Source of the DNA: Candidatus Binatia bacterium
GTDB lineage: Bacteria > Desulfobacterota > Binatia > Bin18
NCBI GenBank assembly: GCA_963664395.2
Contig: OY761159.2
Coordinates: 2,752,001-2,816,000 of the forward strand
Direction: 5' to 3'
Length of the DNA stretch: 64,000 nucleotides
Positions 42,476 to 52,798 of this stretch are shown here, one piece after another. Position 1 is the first letter of the stretch. Each line of letters opens with the position of its first letter. The position numbers and the translations under genes were made by a program. The notes under the pieces are model-generated. The model worked only from the letters and a program-made list of their open reading frames with translations. It was not told where the DNA came from and did no database searches.

Positions 42476-42770
42476 ATGAGCGCTCCCCAATTGGAAGGAG
42501 CGCCTTCGAGGCTCCCGTTTAAAGGTTTGGCGGAAAGCGCGGAGAGCCGCATCACCCATATAGAGACACAGATTGAGTCTCGTGCCACTAAGGAAGACCT
42601 TAACTCAAAGTGTGGATTCTGGGTGGAGTAGCGGCAGCAGGATTGGCAATTGTCGTGGTGGCTCTCGGAGCGTTCTTCAGGGAAAGATTTAGAGGGGACG
42701 GAGCCCTTAACCTCAGAAGAGATACAATGGATTCGGGAATTTCGACAGGGGTGGGGAGATTATAAAAGAG
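42476..42770 (+). pseudogene. frameshifted small coiled-coil/TM protein
   Basis: ...ETQIESRATKEDL, then a shifted frame KVWILGGVAAAGLAIVVVALGAFF; boundaries approximate. Confidence 0.35.
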
Positions 42771-42986
42771 AGTCGGCTGAGTCGGCTGAGTCGGCTGCAC
42801 GGCGGCTGGCTCTTAGGCGTAAGGTTGGCGCTTTCATTAGCGGGGATTTGGCGAAATGCTCTTGATAATCTCGTTTATGCCGTCCTCAAATCCTTCGCTG
42901 TACAACGGACTGTATGTGGAATCCAGAAATCGTCGAGGCATTGCGGGAACGGGACATCTTCGTGGAAGAGAACTGCGCCCGACTAC

Positions 42987-43137
42987 GAGAAGCGTTAGAG
43001 CGCTCGGCATAGCGAACGCGCTTTTCTCTTCCCCAATCGTCAATTACGCCTTTCCCCCCAAAATTTACTATATCCAGGTATGAATAGAAAAAATGCAGGC
43101 TCCCTGTGGCCTGCGGATAGCGTGGTAAATAATTCCC
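42987..43137 (-). mobile_element. orphan 'long' end of TIR element (copy A), TIR at 43107-43137
   Basis: reverse complement GGGAATTATTTACCACGCTATCCGCAGGCCA plus ~120 bp similar to 44520-44642. Confidence 0.85.
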
Positions 43138-43364
43138 ACGAAAAACAGGGATGGGCCATATTCGACGAAAACAAACTCTACCTGACCGATGATCCGGCGC
43201 TAGCGGCGCTCGGACCATACAGCACGCTGGCGCATTGGCGGTCGGAAGGCCGAGGGCCGGCGTTCATCAAGCTCGGCAGCCGTGTTGCCTATTCGGGCCG
43301 AGATCTCAATGAGTGGCTTGAGACGCGAACCGTGCGGCCCATGAGCGAAGGGCGGCAGGGATGA
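43080..43364 (+). CDS. AlpA/excisionase-like HTH protein (N-terminus supplied by the TIR end)
   Basis: STLAHWRSEGRGPAFIKLGSRVAYSGRDLNEWL. Confidence 0.75.
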   Translation: MNRKNAGSLWPADSVVNNSHEKQGWAIFDENKLYLTDDPALAALGPYSTLAHWRSEGRGPAFIKLGSRVAYSGRDLNEWLETRTVRPMSEGRQG

Positions 43365-44675
43365 CCGCGCTCCGGGCCTTGGAGCAACGCGGGGGTCACT
43401 TTGTGTTGGCCGCTTCTGACAAGTCTCCAGTTTCCAAGGGATGGCAACGCAACCGTCCATCGTTCGAGGAAGTCGAACGCCATGCTACGGGCGGCGGGCT
43501 TGTGGGCGTGATACCGGTCTCTCTGGGTACTCTGGTGGTCGATGTTGACCAGGGCGGTGATGCTGGCGTGGCCGAAGCGGTCAAGGTTCTCGGTCAACCG
43601 ATTGTACAAACCAGGACCCGGCGCGATGGCGGCGCTCACCTGTGGTACCGTGCGGCCGGCGAGGTGCCGAACCGGAAGTGGGAACGCGGCGACGTGCGCG
43701 GCAGTGCGGGTTACGTGATCCTGTGGGAACCGGATCGGGTTCTAGCCGGGCTTGAAGCGGCCTACGCTTCGGCGGCACCGGTTAGTGCGGCTGACCTGAA
43801 TCGACTGGCTAGGACACCAGCCGGGCCGATTGGACCGCAGACGGTTAGGGCGGCAGCTCCCGGTACGCGAAATGACACGCTCAACCGCGTTGTCTACCAC
43901 GCGTCAAAGCGTGGTGAGAGGGACCTTGAACCGTACCGGGAAGCCTCTCTTGCCACCGGCCTTGCGTCGCGTGAGGTAGACGCCACGGTTGCGAGTGCGG
44001 CGCAAGCTGGCAAGGCGGGGGCGGCCGATGACGCACTATCTGAAGGAGCTTTTGCCCGAGAATGGGCGGCTAGCAACGGGCCAGACAAGTACCTCTACGC
44101 GGCTGGCGAAGGCTGGCTCTGCTTCGAGGACGGTTGCTGGCGTGAGGGTGAATGCGCGGCTCGTGCGTCGATGGCCAAGCACATCCGTGCGAGAGTCGAA
44201 GGAACAAAAGGGGCAAAGCGTTTTGATTGTCATCGTGTGGTTACGGGCGCACTCGCGATGGCGACATACGAGCGGACGGTCGCCGGAGATTCCTTTGATG
44301 CGAACTCACTCTTCGTCCCCTTCCCGAACGGAACGATCCTCGACGTGAAACCTTGGCTACAGATTGAGATGAGACCCGAGCATCGGGTCCGCAAGACACT
44401 CGACGTGGTGCCGCACACAGAGCCGTCGAAAGTCTGGATTCGATTCATCAACGAAACGCTATCTCACTACCAGCCGGGCGACCGCGAGGGGAATTATATA
44501 CCACGTTACCCGCAGGCCACAGGCAGCAGACATTCTTCTTGCACATACTCTCTATATAGTAAAAATTGGGCGAAGATAGTAATTGACGGTGTGGGAAAGA
44601 TAGAAAGCGAGTCCGCTATGCCGAGCGCTCTAACGCCTCTCGAAGACGAGCACTCTGTTCCTGCAATCCTTATGT

Positions 44676-44704
44676 GAGGAGGGCCGCTAAGACCCTCCTT
44701 TTTT
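44676..44704 (+). terminator. hairpin plus U-tract inside the long end of the cassette
   Basis: GGAGGG...CCCTCC followed by TTTTTT. Confidence 0.55.
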
Positions 44705-44706
44705 AT

Positions 44707-44946
44707 TCAAGCTGCTGCCTTACGCCAGCGGCGTTGTATGGTGTAGAGCGGAATTCCGCCTGGAGACAGAGGAGACTGGTCGAACAACTCTCGGTTCTTC
44801 TCAATATAAGCTTGCACTGTTCCAAGCGTCAAATTGGCCTCCCTAGAAATGCCGCCTAGGGAACGCCATTGAAAATTCGTGTGCTCGATGGCAGCAAAAA
44901 TTTGTCCCCCAATCGGGTCCCCAATGAACAGAGGTGGTGCACTCAT
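44707..44946 (-). CDS. small hypothetical, wHTH-like cargo protein
   Basis: WRSLGGISREANL; translationally coupled to the upstream gene. Confidence 0.55.
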   Translation of the reverse strand: MSAPPLFIGDPIGGQIFAAIEHTNFQWRSLGGISREANLTLGTVQAYIEKNRELFDQSPLSPGGIPLYTIQRRWRKAAA

Positions 44947-45293
44947 AAATCTCCCTCCTGTACGCCAGAAGGAGGCGCTGAGGCCGACGCTAATGTGTCC
45001 AAAACTAAATCCTCAACGGCATCCTTGAATCCAGCGCTTGTAAGGATATCCTGAAGGGTTGTAACATCTTTCTGAAGATTATCGGGTCGAGAGAAGGTGA
45101 TCCAGGCCACCAGACCTACGACCACCAAAAACACGAACACCATCATCCCAATCGCAATCAACCTATGGAGTGAGTCTAGCTCGTTGGTGACAGTAATTAC
45201 CCCAATACTCGACTCGACAATCAACAGGGCTAACGCAAAAAATTTTAGGGGCGAACTGACTCCTCTGAGGATGTCAACAATGCGACGCTCCAC
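44943..45293 (-). CDS. 2-TM hypothetical cargo protein
   Basis: PLKFFALALLIVE TM pair; upstream TTGACT-18-TATACA promoter-like sequence. Confidence 0.6.
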   Translation of the reverse strand: MERRIVDILRGVSSPLKFFALALLIVESSIGVITVTNELDSLHRLIAIGMMVFVFLVVVGLVAWITFSRPDNLQKDVTTLQDILTSAGFKDAVEDLVLDTLASASAPPSGVQEGDL

Positions 45294-45387
45294 TCATCCC
45301 CCTTATTAGCTCAATGTATAGAAGAGGTTCAGCAAAAAAGTCAAGGATGGTCTCTTGACCCGCCGCCCACAGCCAACGAACACCATG

Positions 45388-46596
45388 TCACCTGACATCA
45401 GTAATCACAAAGTTCTGGATCGTCTCCAGCCACTCCAGCGTGACCGTCTCGCCCGGACTCGGAAAGTCCCCCACAACACAACTCCCAGCCGTGTCCTCCA
45501 AAAACTCCTCCCCCAAGGTCGTCACCCGCACCGTGGCCCGGCCTAACTCCATGTCGTCCACATAGGCTACGACGGTATGGACCCCATCGCCTATCTGGTT
45601 CCAGTTGACTAAGAACCCAAAGCCGTTGTCCGTATCGCCACACATCGCCTCCGTGTCGGCCCGCTCCGTGCCATACGCGGCCTCCTGACTGATCGTTCTC
45701 CCATCTGCGGTTTCTATGACAATTTCGACCACCTCGGCCTCGCACGCCCAGCCCGAGATGACCCCAATCCCACTCTGAAACGAGTTGGGGCTCGGGTTCT
45801 CCATATATCCCACTACTGCCCCCGACGTGCCATTGATTCCCACCGGGGCGGCCCCGCTTGCAATCACGAAATTCTGACTGCTCCGCTGCCACACCAGTGT
45901 CGTCGTCAGGCCCAGCTGCGGAAAGTCTGCCAACCGACACTCCCCGGCCACGCCTCGCACAAACCCTTCGCCCAACGTGGTCACCGTTACGGTCGCTCGA
46001 CCAAACTCTACCCCATCGGCTAGTGCTACAACCGTGTGCCCCCCATCCCCCAACAGACTCCAGTTGAAGAGGACGCTAAAGGCATTGTTCGTGTCCTCAC
46101 ACGCCTCTATGGTGCTCAATAGCTCGGTCCCATACGCCGCCCTGAGCCGCTGCCCATCTATCTCGATCTCCACTCGTTCGATCTCTCCGTTGCCGGTCCG
46201 ACAGACCCAGCCCCAAATCGGTCCAATCCCGCTCTGGAAGGAGGCCGGGCCAGGATTCTCTAGGGACCCCACCACGGTTTCGATCACCACGGTCACCGTC
46301 ACGGTCGCTCGATCAAACTCTACCCCATCGGCCAGTGCCACCACCGTGTGCTCCCCGTCCCCCAACTGATTCCAGTTGAAGGAGAGGCTAAAGCCATTAT
46401 GCGTGCCCTCACACGCCTCTGTGCTCAAGAGCGAGGGTATCATCCCATACGTCGCTATGTACCGCTGCCCGTCTATCTCGATCTCCACGCGCTCGATCTC
46501 TCCGTGGTCGGTCCGACAGACCCAGCCGAAAATGGGTCCGGTCCCGCTCTGGAATGTATCTGGACTCGGGCTCTCCAGGGACCCAACCACTACCAT
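45388..46596 (-). CDS. stand-alone protein built only of the LENP-FQSG-FNWN module
   Basis: three module copies (first incomplete); no signal peptide or passenger domain. Confidence 0.75.
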   Translation of the reverse strand: MVVVGSLESPSPDTFQSGTGPIFGWVCRTDHGEIERVEIEIDGQRYIATYGMIPSLLSTEACEGTHNGFSLSFNWNQLGDGEHTVVALADGVEFDRATVTVTVVIETVVGSLENPGPASFQSGIGPIWGWVCRTGNGEIERVEIEIDGQRLRAAYGTELLSTIEACEDTNNAFSVLFNWSLLGDGGHTVVALADGVEFGRATVTVTTLGEGFVRGVAGECRLADFPQLGLTTTLVWQRSSQNFVIASGAAPVGINGTSGAVVGYMENPSPNSFQSGIGVISGWACEAEVVEIVIETADGRTISQEAAYGTERADTEAMCGDTDNGFGFLVNWNQIGDGVHTVVAYVDDMELGRATVRVTTLGEEFLEDTAGSCVVGDFPSPGETVTLEWLETIQNFVITDVR

Positions 46597-46709
46597 AAGA
46601 ATAATAAATCGTCCGTAAGGGACCGCCTACAGGAGGAAAGTGACATCATCGGGGGGAACCCCGAGTGCAAAGCCTCCCGTGGCGGCTGTAATGGAACGGA
46701 CCCCTAGGC

Positions 46710-46919
46710 TTACTCCCACTTCTTTGCAGGGATCGGCTTGATTTGTCCACGTTCCACAAGGGCGTCGTGGAACTTTATCAGCCGACCTGTAATGAGGCAA
46801 TTAACCTCGGATCGTGTCATGTGCAGGCTGCTCTCCTTCGGTTCTTCGTGAGGCTCCGTACCGTTGTCAATCCTCTCTTGTACCAAATCTCTCATTTCCT
46901 GTAGCTTTTTTTCTTCCAT
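46710..46919 (-). CDS. small hypothetical cargo protein
   Basis: 69 aa with GGAG RBS next to the right TIR. Confidence 0.5.
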   Translation of the reverse strand: MEEKKLQEMRDLVQERIDNGTEPHEEPKESSLHMTRSEVNCLITGRLIKFHDALVERGQIKPIPAKKWE

Positions 46920-48187
46920 TCTTTACTCCCTTAGCACTGTAAGCGTCTGGTTCTTGCGGCTTTTTGATAAGAAATAACGCTGCGCTACGGGGGGTGAAAG
47001 ATTTCTTTTGTATTTTGGCCTGCGGGTAAATTGGTATATAATTCCCACCGCGAGGCAGTAGCGGGCTACTTACAGGAATGGTGCGGGGTAGCGCTCACCG
47101 GCGATTGCCGGGACGAGGCATGCATCTTCGCGTGGGGCGATCCGGGTTCTGGCAAATCAACATTTTCCGAGACGCTGTTGGCAGTAGCCGGGACGTTCGG
47201 GACGACCATCGGCAATGGCTCGCCGGTCTCCAAGGCAAACGCCTCGTTGTCGTCAACGAGCTTCCAGAACGCGGCCGGTGGCATTCGGACGATCTCAATC
47301 TGCTGATCGACGGAGGGCTAATCGAGGCTAACCGGATGCGCCAGAACTCCGCCGTCTTTGCATCACGAGCACACCTGCTTATAGCCAGTAACCATCGACC
47401 TTCTGCTCCGGCCGCGTCCGGCCTGTGGCGCCGGCTACGAATAGTTGAATTCCGCAACCGACCGACCGTGGTGGATAGGGGGCTCAAGCGTCGGTTAAAG
47501 GAAGACCTTCCGGGCGTGCTCGCATGGATGCTGCAAGGGCTACGGAGATGGAAGGAGCGTGGTCGGTTGCCAGACGTACCCGCGCTGATGGCGTGAGGCG
47601 TTGAGCGATACCGGCAGGCGGCAGACCCGATCTCGCGGTTCGTGGTTGAACGCACCGAGCCGGACGCCAAGGCGTCGATTGAGGTCGCCACGCTATACAA
47701 TGCCTTTAATTCGTGGTGGCGGGCGGAAGTCGATGACAGGGTGCCAAGCAAGAAAGCGCTTGGGCAGGCTCTCGACGAGATGGGGTGGCTGCCAGCGGTC
47801 GTACGACGGGGGAGTAGGCATCGGGTCGGCCACCGCTTGCGATGTGCAACGTGACAACGCGTGTTACGCGTTGTCCGGTATAGACGACTCACGCGCGTGC
47901 GTGAGGGACGGAAACAGGGGAAATACGTAACATACGTTGTCACGTTGCGAATGAACAAACCTAGGGAGGCTGGGCGCGCGGGGCTAGAGCAGTTTTCATG
48001 GTGGTGTAGCGAGGCGATAGCCGGCGTGGCGGAAGTAGTTGGCGCACTCGGCGGGGGAGAAGACCGGGAGGGCATGGCCGATGTCGTTATGGAAGCACTC
48101 GCTGAAAAATACGAGCTAGAGGTTGTAGCGTACGAGCCGTGATCCCTATTCCCCGGCTGGCGAAAGTCAAAAATAACCGGGGATACG

Positions 48188-48463
48188 TTGCCCGAAGGAA
48201 TACTCAAAGACTCGCCAGAAAAAGCAACCCAGGTCGCCGAAGAACTAACAAACGTCGCCAATCAGAAAGCACATGCACGACGTATTCATGCCCAAGACCT
48301 GAAAAACATGGGATTGGTCATCAAGGACCTTAAAGAGAACGATGACCTTCAAGAAGCAGTTTTATCCGTTCACCACGCTTTCATGATTGCTCTCTCCAAT
48401 TTCTGTCGGGTGCATGAGTCACTGCGCGTGACACCAGCACTGGAACCAAGTCCCGCCGATTGA
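48188..48463 (+). pseudogene. chimeric remnant: Clp-fold (SDH/S49) protease C-terminus fused to IS1-like transposase tail
   Basis: HARRIH...LQEAVLSVHHAFM followed by NFCRVHESLRVTPALE. Confidence 0.5.
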
Positions 48464-48810
48464 TCCGTTCCCACAGTTACGGGAGACCCACCGTCTGCAT
48501 AAACTCAACGTCCTGCGCGGCAGTGGACGTATCCGGTAAGGCTGACCAAATGAGGAGAATACTATATTTGACTCACCAAGCGAGACCCGCGCTTCCTTCA
48601 ATGAGGCCGTTCGCTTTGAAATTAAGCGGTTTGGCTTCCAATGCGGACAGGGCCAGCTCCTCAAGATGGCGGGAGCCCTCTACCGTTAGCTGGTAGGTTC
48701 TGAAATTCTCAACTTTGGTCCAGGCAAGTACAGTATATAACTCCCCCTTGGGAGGGATTGTCCGCAGGGTCTGTCCTGAGCGTGTCGCAGGGCCGGGGTG
48801 GGCAGGTCCT

Positions 48811-51800
48811 CTACTCCACGTCCGTAATCACAAAGTTCTGACTATTCTGGTGCCATTCCAGGGTAACGGTCCTGCCCAGCGTCGGAAAATCCTCAACAAT
48901 ACATTCGCCTTCAACGCCCCGTAGAAACTCTTCTCCCAGGGTCGTCACCCGCACCGTGGCCTGGCCTAACTCTACGTCATCCACATAGGCCACGACTTCA
49001 TGCTCCCCATCCCCCAACAGGTTCCAGTTGAACAAGAGGCCGAACCCATTATCCGTATCCCCACACGCCGACTCCGTATCCAGCCGCTCCGTGCCATACG
49101 CCGCCGGCTGTGGCACCCCGTTCAGCGCAATCAGGACCGCGTCCCCCTCACACACTCAGCCAGAGATCACCCCAATGCCGCTCTGAAAGGAGTTGGGGCC
49201 GGGGTTCTCCAGATACCCCACATCAATCGCTCCGGCTCGGTCCGCCCCGGTCGGGGCCGTGCCGCGGGCAATCACAAAATTCTGCTGCCTCTGTTGCCAC
49301 TCCAGCGTCGCCGTCTCGCCGAGCAGGGGGAAGTCCTCCACCACACATTCGCCCGCAACGCCCCGCACGAACTCCTCGCCCAGCGTCGTCACCGTCACCG
49401 TCGTCCGGCTCAACTCCACCCCATCGACCAGGGCCACGACTTCATGCTCCCCGTCGCCCAACAGGTTCCAGTTGAACAGCAAGCCAAAGCCGTTGTCCGT
49501 ATCCCCACAGGTTTCTTCCGTGTCCGACCGCTCGGTCCCATACGCCGCCGCCTGCGGCATCCCGTTCAGCTCTATCTCCACCTCGTCGGCGGCACATACC
49601 CAGCCCGAGATGACGCCGAGGCCACTTTGAAAGGAATCGGCGCCGGGGTTCTCCAGATTGCCGATGAGTTCCGGTTCTTCTTCGGTGGTGGCGGGGCCGC
49701 CGCCCCCGCCGCCCCCGCCCCTACCGCCGGTACTGGTGCCTGTCCCCGTGCCGGTACCCGTCCCACCGCCGGTACTGGTGCCACCACCACCGCCTGGAGG
49801 GGTGGGCGGCGGTTGGGACCCCTGGCTGGTGCCGCTGCACCCCGCGACCGAAGTCTCAGGCGAGACATATGTGTAGCTGCCGTCTGAGTCCGCCTCGATC
49901 CTGTTACCCGCGAGGTCCCGGAGACCCCTGCCCACAGCCACATAGCTGATATGAAGGCTGTGGTCGAAGGACTTCGCGAGCGTCAGCGTCACCTTCGTCC
50001 CGCAGAGCTGGACCCGGTCAAAGACGATAGGCAACCGGTCAGCAGAGGTGGTTACCACAGTGAAGTTTGTCGGCAGGGGCACCCATTCGGGGTCGAGCTC
50101 CTCGTCCCAGGTGGCCACCAGCGTGTAGCCGGCGACCTCCGCTGCGACCAACTTCGGCGGGGTGACGTCCAACCCGGCCTCCTGGCCGGTGACGTTCACG
50201 ACCGGATGGTCGTCAAAAGCAGCAGCGGCATTATATGCCACATCATCGATTCCTCCGCTGCCCGTATAGTTCAGCGTCACCGTGTCGCCCGCCATCACTG
50301 CCGTGTCCAGCGTCAGGATGACCCGCGCGCCGGTGACCCGCGCTTCGGTGACCGTACCCGAGATCCCGGTGAAGCTGGTCAGGTTCAACATCCCCGATGC
50401 CAAATCCTCGTTGTAGTCCAGCGCCAGCATGTTACCGTCCACGGTCGCCCGCACCAGCTGCGGCGGTGTCCCGTCCGTCATCACGGTCGCCTTTGCGACC
50501 GCGCCTTCGTTGTGGGGCGCTGTGTCGTCGTTGATGGCCCGGACCTCGACCGTATAGGGCTGACCAGTCATGAGGTCGTGGGTGGTATGGTTTGTCGTCT
50601 GCGGAGGGACCTCCGTCCAACTCGTCCCGTCCGGTACTGTCGAGCCCTGCGCGTAGCGGTATTCGTAGCGGATAAGATCGGCATAACCGGGAGATTCCGG
50701 CGCAAGCCACTCCAGGTGCAGGGAGGTCTGGCCAGCTACTCCCCGCAAGTACCGCACGGCCGTCGGCGCGCGCCGCTGGGGTGTGGCCGTAATACGGGAC
50801 GTATTCCACGGCCCCTGATCGCTCTGCGGGCGCACGTCGAAGTAATACAGGCGGTTGTATACCGAGAAGTCGGTGATCCCAACCGAGCACGGGCACGTAC
50901 GCCTTCCCAGGGCGGTGTACGGCTTGGAATCGAGCTCGCTCTCCGAGCGGGCGTAGCGGTACTCGTAACTAGTGACCGTCGCGCCGGCGATGTTCGCCGG
51001 CGTGTCCCAACCGAGCGTGATCCCATCGCCCATCCGTTCAGCCGTCAGCTTTCGCACCACGGGGCGGAGGCGGCCGTCCACCTTGTGGTCGGCCTGCGTC
51101 CCGCGTCCAGGGTGGATGAGGTCGGCGTCCACCCCGCCCGCCTTGATCGTCCCGCCGTTCAGTTGCAACCCACGACCGGTGTCGCGCCGGTCGTAGATGA
51201 AGAGGCCGTCGGTGTCCAGGTCGATAGCCGTGACGATGTAGAGCAGGAACAGTTCCGCGCCGCTACTGTCCGCCGCGCTGTACTCGGCCTGGCGCTCCTC
51301 GTCGTCGATGCCGAACACCAGCACCGGCGCTCCGGTGACGGTCACCGCCTCGCTGAACGTCGCAGTGAACCGGATCGTCACGCCGGCGGAGTAGATGTTG
51401 CCCTCCTGGTTCGGCGTGGACATGACGGCCAGCGACTTTACCCACGGCCCGGTCCGGCTGCCGTCCACCTTGTGGCCCGATTGATTGTTTACCGCGGAGT
51501 GGGTGATAAGGGCTGCGGCGCTGTCATCGGCCGCAAGGATGGTCCCGCCATTGAGTTCCAGGGCGTCCTGAGCAATGTTGATCCCGTCGGTGTCGGCGTC
51601 GCCCGCCTGGACCGTGTAGGTGAATTTGAGTGTGCTCGTGTCACTACCGCTCTGGTAGTTGGCGTACTGCATGTTGAGGAGCGGGAGCCGCGGCGTGCCG
51701 GTGACGGTCACCGCCTCGTTGAACGTCACCGTGAACTCAATCACCCCGCCCGCCCCGTAGACGTCTTTGAGCGCCTGACTGTTGTTCGGGGGAATGCTCC

Positions 51801-52437
51801 AGCGTTGCGGCGACGACGTGACTGCGATGCCCTGAGCCACGGGGAAGGTGTTCACGAACCCCTCTATCTTCAGCGTATAGGATTTGTCGTTGCCGATCGT
51901 CCATTGCGTAGGCGTAGCCCCAGTATCATACCAGCGGTGCTTATTGTGGATGGACCAGCCGGTCATGCTCCCGCTGTCCTCGGCGTCGGTTTCGGTGGTA
52001 TCAATCCTTGGCTTGTTGCTCTGGTCGATGGTACTGGTGACGCGGATACTCACGGCGTACGTGGTGCTCGGCGCGACGTTCATTCCGCTGTGCGTGAACG
52101 TCTTGAGACCAATGGCCGAGAAGCCGTCGGTCGGCGCCGTAAACGCGGTGCAGGTCGCGTTCGGCACATCCGTCACACCATCGGCAGTTTGGACGCCGCA
52201 GACCTTCAGCTCGAAAACGTCGGTCACTTTTTCCGTCTCGATCGTGATGGCGGTGATCGAGAAGCCGGCCGTGGACGCGGTGCCCGTTGTGAACGGTTGC
52301 GCCGAGTGGGGGACCCCGATGTCCTGGGAGCCGTCGGGCACCTGATCGACATTGGACACCAGGACGCTGGCTGTCTGCGCCGCCGCCCCGGCCCACAAGA
52401 CGCATATTGCCACAGTCATCACTATCAGTCGCTTCAT
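48811..52437 (-). CDS. large secreted adhesin-like protein (Ig-like, 2xFN3, 2xSwmB-like, Gly linker, 2x module) with internal TGA at 49156-49158
   Basis: signal peptide MKRLIVMTVAICVLWAGAAA; frame continues past a TGA at a position that is TGG (Trp) in paralogs. Confidence 0.8.
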
Positions 52438-52559
52438 GACGTTCACTCCTCTCATAAAGGCCCAATCCGCCCAGGCCGCCCCAGGACCAGCAGGGCACTC
52501 GCGCAGAGCAGAAATCGCTCCCACCTGTCGGCACCTGGATGAAGGCCCCTAGTCTAATG

Positions 52560-52605
52560 CAATGCCGTGCTCCCCGTCACCTATCAAATGATAGAAAAAT
52601 AACCC
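52560..52605 (-). promoter_or_regulatory. conserved upstream motif with CTATCA-AA-TGATAG palindrome (second copy at 60961-61006)
   Basis: 39/46 identity between copies, each upstream of a module-family gene. Confidence 0.65.
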
Positions 52606-52798
52606 TGTTTGGGGATCATGGACGGTCTGTGTCACTTCTCCCCGTAGACGCCGGGAATTTGATCCAAGCGTTCCTCGATGAGGGGTAGGAGCGCTTGAAC
52701 AAAACGGTCTGCCAGGAGACGATCTCTTGCCGGTACCGATAATCCACCGGCCATAAACGTGCTCTGCCTTTGCGGGCATGAGAGGGTGGGCAAGTTCC

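Larger units (their letters stand above)
44489..47046. mobile_element. complete non-autonomous TIR cassette (copy B), IS1595/ISNwi1-like, 2558 bp
   Basis: 31-bp TIRs 44489-44519 and 47016-47046 (29/31 identical); 8-bp direct repeat ACCGCGAG at 44481-44488 and 47047-47054. Confidence 0.92.
43361..47854 (+). pseudogene. Prim-Pol/D5-like primase-helicase, interrupted
   Basis: VVDVD, GAHLW primpol motifs; split at ...GDRE by insertion; resumes AVAGYLQEW...GDPGSGKST; frameshift near 47205; stop at 47594. Confidence 0.85.

Noticed and set aside
43107-44519. Invertible segment (shufflon) between the inverted A and B ends
   Set aside because: End B is already explained by pairing with 47016-47046 through an exact TSD. 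The A and B tips face each other as ends of separate insertions
49156-49158. Selenocysteine or genetic code 4 readthrough
   Set aside because: The position is Trp in paralogs, not Cys, and TGA is a normal stop in many genes here
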